A DNA stretch of 18,425 nucleotides. Origin: a virus. This document shows, piece by piece, positions 1 to 7,432 of this stretch. A program made the position numbers and the translations under genes. The stretch lies in the UHGV virus genome UHGV-2152132. One strand, given 5' to 3'. Position 1 is the first letter of the stretch, and each line of letters begins with the position of its first letter. The notes beneath the pieces were generated by a model that worked only from the letters and a program-made list of their open reading frames with translations, ran no database searches and was not told where the DNA came from.

Positions 1-897
1 CTATGACTTGCTGTTTTCAGTAAGAGTCTTATCATCCAAAGAATTTATTCTAGAAATTCTTTTTAACTCATTAAGATAATCAACCTCGTTTTCTAAGAAC
101 CAATGAAGAACTTTAGAATTGCCAAGTAATTTATTAATATATGACTGGATTATAACGAATTTCAACATATCTGAACCATACTCGGTTTGAAGCTTTTTCG
201 TTTCTTCCGAAGTTGTTGCCATTTCTTGTTCCAGACGAAGTATGGTTTTTTTTATGTCCTTTTTATAGGGAGTGTTTTTCCCTTTATTTACTATCATCGA
301 TGCCGGTGTTGCATCCAAGATGCTCATTGCAAATTTTTTACTATAATTATCAAAATTAATCATTGTACCGACTGCTTCAATTTGGCGAATTGGCTTCATT
401 TTCCTCAAAACGTCAAATGTAGCCTTAGGTATAGGTTTATCAGAAAGTTTCGCAATTACACTTGAATCTATGCCGTTCATCACATTCGCTTTATCTTTTA
501 TGGCATCAACAGATATGCCCAAAGCAGCACTAAGTTTTTCAATTGATACTTTTGCCAGAGACTTAATTATCATTCTATGTTCTTCAACTACATTTATATG
601 ATTCACTTGTTTGTTAGGAGTGAAAGCATCATCTATGCTCGAAAGTATACATGGAGCTTTTTCTATACCTAAGTCTTTTAAAGCCTCAACCCTTAAATGG
701 CCATCAAGTATCTTAGTGACATCTTTATCTTTGTCATAGAATACTATTATTGGTTCAATAATACCTAAGCTTTCGATAGAGGTAACTATTTGATGATATT
801 TATGGCTTCGCTTTACGTTTTCTAATAATTCCTTAGATGGAATTAACTTATTAGTTTCCAGGTAAATAAAATTATCGCCAAAACGTATCTGAATCAT
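1..897 (-). CDS. ParB/Srx N-terminal-domain protein (ParB-like 2), third gene of the recombinase operon
   Basis: 298-aa ORF with stop TAG at 1-3. Its ATG (895-897) overlaps the upstream stop as ATGA (894-897). The N-terminal segment IIEPIIVFYDKDKDVTKILDGHLRVEALKDLGIEKAPCILS fits the ParB/sulfiredoxin fold pattern (beta strand, DGHxR motif, helix). The remaining helical part resembles the HTH plus RepB-type C-terminal region of plasmid ParB/RepB proteins. Recognised by eye only. Confidence 0.65.
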   Translation of the reverse strand: MIQIRFGDNFIYLETNKLIPSKELLENVKRSHKYHQIVTSIESLGIIEPIIVFYDKDKDVTKILDGHLRVEALKDLGIEKAPCILSSIDDAFTPNKQVNHINVVEEHRMIIKSLAKVSIEKLSAALGISVDAIKDKANVMNGIDSSVIAKLSDKPIPKATFDVLRKMKPIRQIEAVGTMINFDNYSKKFAMSILDATPASMIVNKGKNTPYKKDIKKTILRLEQEMATTSEETKKLQTEYGSDMLKFVIIQSYINKLLGNSKVLHWFLENEVDYLNELKRISRINSLDDKTLTENSKS

Positions 898-1790
898 TTT
901 AATACCTCTTTGTTTACTGGGGTTAATATCTGAGATGGTAGTTCTGAAAGATTCTCTTGTTCAAGTATATGTTGAAAGCTTTTATTCATCATTATGATGT
1001 TAAAAATCTCATTTACTATTAGTAGGTTGGTTTTTATGAATTTTGAGTTGTTATAAACAGATTTATGTTCAGCGATACTATTTTCATAAAGCTCAATCAA
1101 CTCCTCTGCAGTCATCCTTTTTGATGGTTTGTGATAATAAAATCCGGCTGCTTTTGCACCTTTATTCCCAACTGTTCTTTGATTTAGAATGTGTTTTATC
1201 TTTATAATGTCCCGACTTTTTATTAATTTTTTATCATATGCTTCGGTAAGAATATCTTGTGCTTCCTCAGTTTCACATCTTGCAAATTGCACTGCGAGAT
1301 ACAGAGGCAAATTACCCCGTTCGACTGCTGAGAGAAGTTTATGCTCTCCCTTATCAAGTAGCATATTAATACTGCTCACCCAGTTCGATGAATATCCAGT
1401 AATCTCACTTATTTCGGAGTCTGAAAGTCCTCTGATTTTCATGTCTTTAATCACCTGTAATAACTCATTAGAACGTGGTCTTCTCCTTGCAATGTTTTCA
1501 ACTAAACTCATAACGTAAGCATCTTCTTCTGATACATCTCTTATAATTGCTGGAATAATAGTTTCACCTAATGCAACGAGAGCCTCTATTCTCCCTTGAC
1601 CACAAATTAAAGCATATTTGAAATCGCCTTCATCAATAGCTCTTACGCTTATAGGCTTGCTTAATCCTCTTTTTTTTATGCTTTCCTTTATTTCTTCATG
1701 CACTACCTTATTTCTTGTTCGTGGGTTAAGAAATTTTATTTTTGCAATCTCAATTTGAATTATTGGGAATTCATTTTTTTCAGGCAGCAT
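894..1790 (-). CDS. ParB/Srx N-terminal-domain protein (ParB-like 1), second gene of the recombinase operon
   Basis: 298-aa ORF. Its ATG (1788-1790) overlaps the recombinase 3' end by 11 nt (ATGCTGCCTGA). The segment LNPRTRNKVVHEEIKESIKKRGLSKPISVRAI...YALICGQGRIEALVALGETIIPAIIRDVSEEDAYVMSLVENIARR is a typical ParB N-domain (GxGR arginine-patch-like motif, then VEN..R) followed by an HTH-like segment (LSDSEISEITGYSSNWVSS). It has the same length as the downstream gene and looks like a paralogue. Confidence 0.72.
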   Translation of the reverse strand: MLPEKNEFPIIQIEIAKIKFLNPRTRNKVVHEEIKESIKKRGLSKPISVRAIDEGDFKYALICGQGRIEALVALGETIIPAIIRDVSEEDAYVMSLVENIARRRPRSNELLQVIKDMKIRGLSDSEISEITGYSSNWVSSINMLLDKGEHKLLSAVERGNLPLYLAVQFARCETEEAQDILTEAYDKKLIKSRDIIKIKHILNQRTVGNKGAKAAGFYYHKPSKRMTAEELIELYENSIAEHKSVYNNSKFIKTNLLIVNEIFNIIMMNKSFQHILEQENLSELPSQILTPVNKEVLK

Positions 1791-3336
1791 ATAGTTCCCT
1801 CACTTTCATGCGAGTAATAATTTGTAGAAGTTTATCAAGATTATCAAATCTATAGAGATCTAATCGAATGTTGTTTGTTTCCGTCATGCACATTTTATTA
1901 TATTCGTTTTCAATCTTTGGTATGATATAAAAATCAAGAGGTGAAATATTTTGTGAATTCATTCGTATAACAATTGTTATGTCTGCTTTCTGTGAGTTAT
2001 CAAACCGGACTTTCCATCTAAGTTTACCTGATTTCATATGTATGCATTTAGTAACAAGGACGGAAATTAAAAACTCATCATTGATGTAAAGCATTGGGGC
2101 ATATTTATACTCGTCTATATGACAGTTGCTTTTTAAAATTTCACCCTTAAAATCCTCAATTATCTCTGAGTAAAATGATCTTAGTGCTTCATTTATTTTG
2201 AGATAGCTGTAATCATGTTCTGGCTTATAACCAATCAAAGTATATGCTCTTAAAAGACCACCAAATCGGGTTCTATAAACAGAAGATGAAGGGCCTGTAT
2301 CATCTTCATCAATGATAAAGCCTGATAGTTTTCCATTAGATTCTAATTTTTGTTTTAGTTTTTCTAATAGATCTTCATTAGTCAAATGAATGGATCGGAG
2401 CTGAATTATTTCTTGAGCTTTATTGTATTTTTTCTTTGAAATAATAGGTTTATATGCCTTGTCACATCTAACCCATTCATGTTTGGGGTTTTTTACAAGC
2501 CTACTTTTTAATTTAGATGAGGTTTTGTTATATATGTTGTTTCCAATATATTTTTCATTTGTCAAAATTTGATGTATTTTTGCACGAGTCCATAATGTAC
2601 CATTTTCTGCAGGTATGTTCTGTTCATTTAATCTCTCAGCAATAATGAATTCTGGGACGTTATTATCTATAAAGAGATCATATATTCTATTTACAATTTT
2701 TATTTCATTTTTTGGTCCCGGAATTAATATTACCCTATCTGTTTGAATACTCTTTCTTTTGCGGAAACTCAATATTTCTTTAGCTATGCCATTTTCGTCT
2801 ACTAAAAGACGTCTCAGCCCATAACCAGCCATACCGCCTTGATGATAACCAAGCTTTATTAAATTTACTTGCCCTATAAATACCTTTTCAGATAGATTCC
2901 TGCTGTGATATGCAGCACTAGATCTTTTTATATTCAGTATAACAGAGGACTCTAAAGGGAAATCTTTAGTGGGTATAGGTTCGGAACAATATATAAGATC
3001 TACACCATTTCTCTCAAATAGAAAGGAATAATATGCCGCTTCATCACTATTTTGAAAACGACCAAAACGGCTCACATCATAAAATAATACAGCCTGTATA
3101 TCTATTTTCTTTTGTTCTACATCGCTAAGTAACTGCTGCAAAGAATGCCTGCCTACGATACTGACTCCGCTCTTACCTGAATCATCGTAGGTATAAGCGA
3201 TTTCCATATTGTTCTTTTCAGCATAATCTTTGATATATTCGGACTGATTATGTAAAGAATATTGCTGATGGTCGGTAGACATCCTCAAGTACTGCGCGAC
3301 CCTAACTCTATGATTTTTGTCATTTTCGCTAGCCAT
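1780..3336 (-). CDS. Large serine recombinase (resolvase/invertase catalytic domain plus recombinase domain, atypical C-terminus)
   Basis: 518-aa ORF. VAQYLRMSTDHQQYSLHNQ...DDSGKSG...LFYDVSRFGRF is the serine-recombinase catalytic domain, with the nucleophile Ser in RMST. The middle region (GYGLRRLL..., HEWVRCDKAYKPIISKKKYNKAQ) looks like the recombinase domain of large serine recombinases. I see no Cys4 zinc ribbon. The last ~130 aa are unassigned. GAGG (3345-3348, minus strand) lies 8 nt upstream of the ATG at 3336. Confidence 0.85.
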   Translation of the reverse strand: MASENDKNHRVRVAQYLRMSTDHQQYSLHNQSEYIKDYAEKNNMEIAYTYDDSGKSGVSIVGRHSLQQLLSDVEQKKIDIQAVLFYDVSRFGRFQNSDEAAYYSFLFERNGVDLIYCSEPIPTKDFPLESSVILNIKRSSAAYHSRNLSEKVFIGQVNLIKLGYHQGGMAGYGLRRLLVDENGIAKEILSFRKRKSIQTDRVILIPGPKNEIKIVNRIYDLFIDNNVPEFIIAERLNEQNIPAENGTLWTRAKIHQILTNEKYIGNNIYNKTSSKLKSRLVKNPKHEWVRCDKAYKPIISKKKYNKAQEIIQLRSIHLTNEDLLEKLKQKLESNGKLSGFIIDEDDTGPSSSVYRTRFGGLLRAYTLIGYKPEHDYSYLKINEALRSFYSEIIEDFKGEILKSNCHIDEYKYAPMLYINDEFLISVLVTKCIHMKSGKLRWKVRFDNSQKADITIVIRMNSQNISPLDFYIIPKIENEYNKMCMTETNNIRLDLYRFDNLDKLLQIITRMKVRELYAA

Positions 3337-3359
3337 GCACGAAACCTCATGGATGATTC

Positions 3360-3388
3360 AATACAATGTAGTGGATAAAATTGATCAA
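3360..3388 (-). promoter_or_regulatory. Candidate sigma70 promoter of the recombinase-ParB-ParB operon
   Basis: On the minus strand: TTGATC (3388-3383), 17-nt spacer, TGTATT (3365-3360). Each hexamer matches 4/6, and the predicted start is about 17 nt upstream of the ATG. AT-rich DNA gives many such matches, so this is weak. Confidence 0.25.
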
Positions 3389-3506
3389 ATTTTAACCGAA
3401 TTCAACTGTTTTATCATTGATTAGAGCGAATTTGGTAGATCTTCGAGGTGTATGATAATCGAGAAGAGATGTGAATTATTTAGCTGATATGACCGACAGC
3501 TTTCGT

Positions 3507-3556
3507 TATGTGGACTCAATGTCCCCATTTGTAAATGGCTATGCTTAGTCCACATA
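3507..3556. repeat. 50-bp dyad-symmetric site centred on GT (candidate serine-recombinase att/res site or operator)
   Basis: TATGTGGACT caatgtcc CCATTT GT AAATGG ctatgctt AGTCCACATA. There is a perfect 10-bp outer inverted repeat (3507-3516 / 3547-3556) and a perfect 6-bp inner inverted repeat (3525-3530 / 3533-3538) around the central GT at 3531-3532. It lies between the integrase stop and the recombinase start. No T-tract follows on either strand, so it is not a canonical terminator. Confidence 0.6.
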
Positions 3557-3618
3557 GGTTAATGGTGTGATTATTAATTCTTTAACTAAATCAAGATAGT
3601 TAATCCATCATGGGAGAG

Positions 3619-4848
3619 TTATGCGGCAATAACTTTGCATTTTTGAGACGAAACATAGTCACTCCACCATTGCATGAGAACCACCCGTTCAGTGAGATAC
3701 TCTGCACGATTGTAGGCTGCAATTATTTCATCTTTCTTCGAGTGGGCAAGGGCGGCTTCTAAGACATCAGTCCTAAACTTGCCAGACTCCTCAGCAGCCG
3801 TTCTAGCAATGGATCGCATACCGTGAGCTACAAGCTCACCTCCGAAACCCATACGGATTATGGCCGCATTAGCTGTTTGTTCATGCATGTGATTGAGTGG
3901 AGCTTTGATACTGGGGAACACCCACTCTCTATGCCCGCTGATGACTTTCATTAAATCCAAAACTCGCAAAGCTTCTTTGCTCAGTGGAACTTTGTGAGGC
4001 TTCTTCATTTTCATAAACTCCGCCGGGATGTTCCACATGCCAGTTTCAATATCAATATCTGACCATCTTGTGCGAACAGCTTCACCTGGGCGAACCCATG
4101 TGAGAAGTTGCCACTCAATCAGTAGCCTTGTTTCCAAACGGATAGAAGCATTGTTTAGAGCAACCAAGAAGCGAGGGAGTTCGGAAGGGGGTAATGCTGG
4201 CATATTCTGTTTTTTTGGCTTGCTGAACCGTTGCCCCAGGTTGTCTGCCGGGTTGAATTCTATGAGTTCTTCTGTTGCTGCATAGCGGAAAATTTCATTC
4301 AGGCGGGATATGATGCGGCGAAGTGTTTCAAGGACACCTCGTTTTTCTATGGGTTCTAAATGCTGTTTAAGCATTTTAGGGCGAATCTCCTTAATTGGGG
4401 TATCACCCAATGTGGAAAAGATATTTCTCTCTAGGCTTCGCCAGATGTCGTTAGCATGATCTTGGGAGATGCCTGACGTTTTGACTTTCTCATCAAGCCA
4501 CTTCTTGGCTACTGCTTGAAATGTATGTTCCGTGGCATCTTTCAGTGCATTGGCTTTTTGGTTGTTATGAACTTGGGGGTCTATACCATTTGTAAGCAAC
4601 GACAAGTATTCATCACGTAAAGCTCGTGCCTTCGCAAGTGTAAGGTGAGGATAGGTTCCTAAGCTCACCTTAGTTCGCTTTTTGGTCACAGGCACTGCAT
4701 ATCTGAAATACCAATTTTTCTTCCCTCCCTTCGCCAGGGGAGCGATTCGCAACAGCAAACCATCGCCGTCAAAAAGGTTAACCTCTTTTTCGGCAGGTTT
4801 GGTGCTTTTGATTTCAGTGTCAGTGAGCTTCTTAGCGATTTTGGCCAT
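3619..4848 (-). CDS. int: Tyrosine integrase, P4/CP4-57 (IntA/SlpA-like) family
   Basis: The ORF runs 3619-4929. I prefer the ATG at 4848 (MAKIAKKLTDTEIKSTKP...) because this family starts with the K-rich LTDxxIK N-terminus. Catalytic signature: WVRPGEA (R), HGMRSIARTAA (HxxR), AAYNRAEY (Y). It is adjacent to the ssrA 3' copy. Confidence 0.88.
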   Translation of the reverse strand: MAKIAKKLTDTEIKSTKPAEKEVNLFDGDGLLLRIAPLAKGGKKNWYFRYAVPVTKKRTKVSLGTYPHLTLAKARALRDEYLSLLTNGIDPQVHNNQKANALKDATEHTFQAVAKKWLDEKVKTSGISQDHANDIWRSLERNIFSTLGDTPIKEIRPKMLKQHLEPIEKRGVLETLRRIISRLNEIFRYAATEELIEFNPADNLGQRFSKPKKQNMPALPPSELPRFLVALNNASIRLETRLLIEWQLLTWVRPGEAVRTRWSDIDIETGMWNIPAEFMKMKKPHKVPLSKEALRVLDLMKVISGHREWVFPSIKAPLNHMHEQTANAAIIRMGFGGELVAHGMRSIARTAAEESGKFRTDVLEAALAHSKKDEIIAAYNRAEYLTERVVLMQWWSDYVSSQKCKVIAA

Positions 4849-4946
4849 GTTTGGGACCCTCGATTTTAGGACCCATCTTCGTGGGTCCCATTCAGGGTGC
4901 CATAACTCGTAGTTCTCAGCAATTCTCACTAGACTACAATAGACGT

Positions 4947-4978
4947 AAAAAAGCCCGCAGAGCTTGTGCTGTGCGGGC
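4947..4978 (-). terminator. Rho-independent terminator downstream of the displaced ssrA 3' copy
   Basis: Minus strand reads GCCCGCACAGCACAAGCTCTGCGGGC followed by TTTTTT (4952-4947). There is a 7-bp GC-rich stem (4953-4959 / 4972-4978) plus 3 inner pairs and a 4-nt loop. Confidence 0.6.
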
Positions 4979-5010
4979 TTAGTAGACTTTACTGAACTTC
5001 AGTACATCAA

Positions 5011-5059
5011 TATTTGGTGGAGCTGGCGGGAGTTGAACCCGCGTCCGAAATTCCTACAT
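5011..5059 (-). repeat. Displaced copy of the tmRNA 3' end (att core); direct repeat of 17362-17410
   Basis: tggtggagctggcgggagttgaacccgcgtccgaaattcctacat (5015-5059) is identical to 17366-17410. The 4 upstream bases (tatt) are also shared, giving 49 bp. Identity stops at 5060 (a) versus 17411 (c). Confidence 0.92.
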
Positions 5060-5144
5060 ACCATTTTTAGTATAGTAAAAATAGTAATTTATGTTTTAAA
5101 ACAAAGAATTAGTTTTTTGTTGTGTTTGCCCGTTTTATACATTT

Positions 5145-6404
5145 TTAACTCTCCGCCGCCAAATTGCCGCCATCAGGTAGATGCTCATGCTTCATCATTT
5201 GGTGGATAAGAACTTCTACTTTTCTGAAGGTCGTATTGTCATAGTACTCAACAAGTGATTCATCGAAATCCTCTATCCAACCTTTTGCTGGGCCATTTGT
5301 TTGATATCTGACGGCAGTTGGTGAGTGGAAGTTGGGAGTAGCCTTTAAAGTGCTAAACACAGCCCATGATACTGGGTTAGTCACTTTAAATATTCTCTTC
5401 AATTCAGGGCAGTACAACGTGTTTGGTACAGTTATTCGTTCCATTTTAGGGGGTAAGATTACATTAATACCGATGTCACTATCTTTTTGATTAAGTATTT
5501 TTGTCGAACGATACGATATTCCAGAAATATCCTTGTTGCTATCACTGCTAATCCATTGCATTAATAGGTTTGGAATAATGTATTCTTTGTGAAAATTTGC
5601 ATGTTCATGATCTTTTGTATAGTTACAGGCCAATACTAAAGGCCATGCGATTAGTTTTGAAACCTTATCATTAATCGGGTCTGAGAAATCACTATAATTT
5701 TCATTGTTGTATTCATCTATGCGTTCAGGCTCAAATGAAAATGAATGCTCACTTGGAGTGGAACGTAGTGCTGACGTTAGGTTGTATCCGAGGTCTAGTA
5801 TTCTAATTTGTGATGATTCGTCTTCAGTAATAAATGATGATATATACAGCTTATCGAAATCTGGTTTTCCCATCTCTTGCCAGCAAACAAATATTGATGT
5901 CCCAAGATATAGACATGGTAAACCTGAAACTGAGAAGCGTTGTGCGCTTACCAAATGTCTTTGACTAAAAGGAATGTGGAATAATTCTTCTCTATTTTTT
6001 AGTATGTTTTCACTTTTCCTAACCCGAAATAACGGAGTTCGTCTATTACAAAGTTTTGTTAACGGAACCGTCATTTGATAAATGTGGTTCTTCATTGCTG
6101 GTGAACCTATTATAGCTTGGTTGAAAGTATTATAGGCTTCTTTAATATTACCGTTAAGATAATGGGTTAACGTTTCAGATATTTTATTGGAGAATGTTGT
6201 GATTGAAATCGATCTTTTTTTTACCTCTTTTATTGTTTCGTTGTCTGGATAGTCCTTTCTTATTTTATCAATAGCTTCAAGATAACAATCAATCCTGTTT
6301 TTAAAGTTGGATACAATGTCGCCATTGGCCTTGAATGGGGGTTGAAGTAGTTCATATTGTAATAATGAATCTGATATTTCTTTCAGTTCTGAATATTTGC
6401 GCAT
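5145..6404 (-). CDS. RES-domain protein (419 aa), candidate NAD+-targeting toxin/abortive-infection effector; prophage cargo
   Basis: LFRVRKSE...ELFHIPFSQRHLVSAQRFSVSGLPCLYLGTSIFVCWQEMGKP matches the RES-domain core (Arg in xRFx, G.P.LYL, Glu). ISGISYRSTKILNQKDSDIGINVILPP supplies the conserved Ser and the following NxxxF/L strand. A ~130-aa helical N-terminal region and a ~90-aa C-terminal extension are unassigned. The ATG at 6404 is 10 nt after the int stop on the same strand. GC is lower than in the neighbouring phage genes (22/60 at 5221-5280). Confidence 0.62.
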   Translation of the reverse strand: MRKYSELKEISDSLLQYELLQPPFKANGDIVSNFKNRIDCYLEAIDKIRKDYPDNETIKEVKKRSISITTFSNKISETLTHYLNGNIKEAYNTFNQAIIGSPAMKNHIYQMTVPLTKLCNRRTPLFRVRKSENILKNREELFHIPFSQRHLVSAQRFSVSGLPCLYLGTSIFVCWQEMGKPDFDKLYISSFITEDESSQIRILDLGYNLTSALRSTPSEHSFSFEPERIDEYNNENYSDFSDPINDKVSKLIAWPLVLACNYTKDHEHANFHKEYIIPNLLMQWISSDSNKDISGISYRSTKILNQKDSDIGINVILPPKMERITVPNTLYCPELKRIFKVTNPVSWAVFSTLKATPNFHSPTAVRYQTNGPAKGWIEDFDESLVEYYDNTTFRKVEVLIHQMMKHEHLPDGGNLAAES

Positions 6405-6414
6405 GAGAATTATT

Positions 6415-7431
6415 TCAATTAAGGTTGATTAATGGATTCTTAGTCACAGCATCTTCGAGATGTTCTGGAGAAAAATGTGCATATATCATTGTCATTTTAA
6501 TATCAGTGTGACCCAAGATTTCTTTAAGTACCAGTATGTTTCCGCCGTTCATCATAAAGTGACTGGCGAATGTATGACGCAGAACGTGGGTACATTGACC
6601 TTCCGGCAGCTCAATACCGGCCCTCTTTACTGCTCGTTCAAAAGCTTTTCTGCATGGAGTGAATAATTTTCCTCTCTTTTTGGGGAGTTCGTCATACAGA
6701 TCCTGTGATATTGGCACTGTTCTGTTTTTCTTGCCCTTAGTCTTGGTGTAAGTGATGCGGTATTTTGACAACTGGTGTCCCTGTAGGTTTTCGGCTTCAC
6801 TCCATCGCGCGCCGGTGGCCAGGCAGATTTTTGTAATCAAAAGCAGGCTGGGGCTTTGAGAATCAGCGCAGGCATCCAGCAGACGTTTAATTTCTTCCGG
6901 GGTCAGGAACGCCAGTTCACCCTCAGCAATTTTAAATGTTGGCAGCCCGGCAAGTGGGTTGGGGGCTGACCAATGGCCCAGCTTTTTCAGTGTACCAAAT
7001 ACCGATGATAGGTTACGCTGTTCAAGGTTTACCGTGCGGGGCTTAACGGGCGACATAAGCGTGCCATCTTCATTTCGCACTTCACCTTTTAGCCGTGCTT
7101 CGCGGTATTTCGTAAAGTCACCGGCTGTCAGTTCTGAGGCGATGGGATCGCCTAGACCATTACAGATAATTTTAAGTTTCGCCATGAGGCGCTTGGGGTC
7201 TGCGAGTGTCTGACCGTACAGGGAATACCAAAGCTCAATTAATTCTGATAGGCGTCGCCGATCATCCTTTTCTCCTAACCACGGTTTTTTGTTCACTTCT
7301 TCCATTGTGAAGCTTTCAAACGCAATAGCTTCGCCTTTGGTAGCAAATTGCTTACGCACGCGCTTGCCATTGCGTCCATTGGGATAGCACTCACACAACC
7401 ATTTTCCGTTCGGCTGTTTTCTGATGGTCAT
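6415..7431 (-). CDS. int: Tyrosine integrase, P2/186 family
   Basis: 338 aa. MTIRKQPNGKWLCECYPNGRNGKRVRKQFATKGEA closely parallels my recollection of the 186 Int N-terminus. Catalytic motifs are ATGARWSEAE, HVLRHTFASHFMMNGGNILVLKEILGH and MTMIYAHF. Its ATG lies 1 nt after the cI stop. Confidence 0.92.
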   Translation of the reverse strand: MTIRKQPNGKWLCECYPNGRNGKRVRKQFATKGEAIAFESFTMEEVNKKPWLGEKDDRRRLSELIELWYSLYGQTLADPKRLMAKLKIICNGLGDPIASELTAGDFTKYREARLKGEVRNEDGTLMSPVKPRTVNLEQRNLSSVFGTLKKLGHWSAPNPLAGLPTFKIAEGELAFLTPEEIKRLLDACADSQSPSLLLITKICLATGARWSEAENLQGHQLSKYRITYTKTKGKKNRTVPISQDLYDELPKKRGKLFTPCRKAFERAVKRAGIELPEGQCTHVLRHTFASHFMMNGGNILVLKEILGHTDIKMTMIYAHFSPEHLEDAVTKNPLINLN

Positions 7432-7432
7432 T

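Larger units (their letters stand above)
1..5014. mobile_element. Genomic island B (partial; continues beyond the left window edge), integrated at a copy of the ssrA 3' end and carrying a P4/CP4-57-type integrase
   Basis: The integrase gene (3619-4848) directly abuts the displaced tmRNA 3'-end copy (5015-5059). This is the usual geometry of tRNA/tmRNA-integrated islands. The interior is strongly AT-rich (hand count 18/60 G+C at 1-60). The left boundary is not in the window. Confidence 0.65.

Noticed and set aside
187-1518. Plus-strand ORFs 187-465 and 1189-1518 (also 4028-4285, 4682-4912, 5704-5964, 6460-6666, 6959-7213, 7662-7895)
   Set aside because: All are antisense to longer ORFs with clear domain signatures. 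Their translations are Cys/Phe/Ser/Leu-rich, as expected for the wrong frame in AT-rich DNA.
1671-1678. A8/T8 homopolymer tracts inside coding regions (1671-1678 in ParB-like 1, 248-255 in ParB-like 2, 6215-6222 in the RES gene, 7809-7816 in cI) as phase-variation switches
   Set aside because: Runs of 8 A/T encoding Lys-Lys are expected in genes this AT-rich. All four genes are currently in frame, and there is no evidence of length polymorphism in a single sequence.
4964-5209. 81-aa plus-strand ORF spanning the att repeat
   Set aside because: It reads antisense through the tmRNA 3'-end copy and the AT-rich attachment arm, with no RBS. It is an artefact of an open frame.
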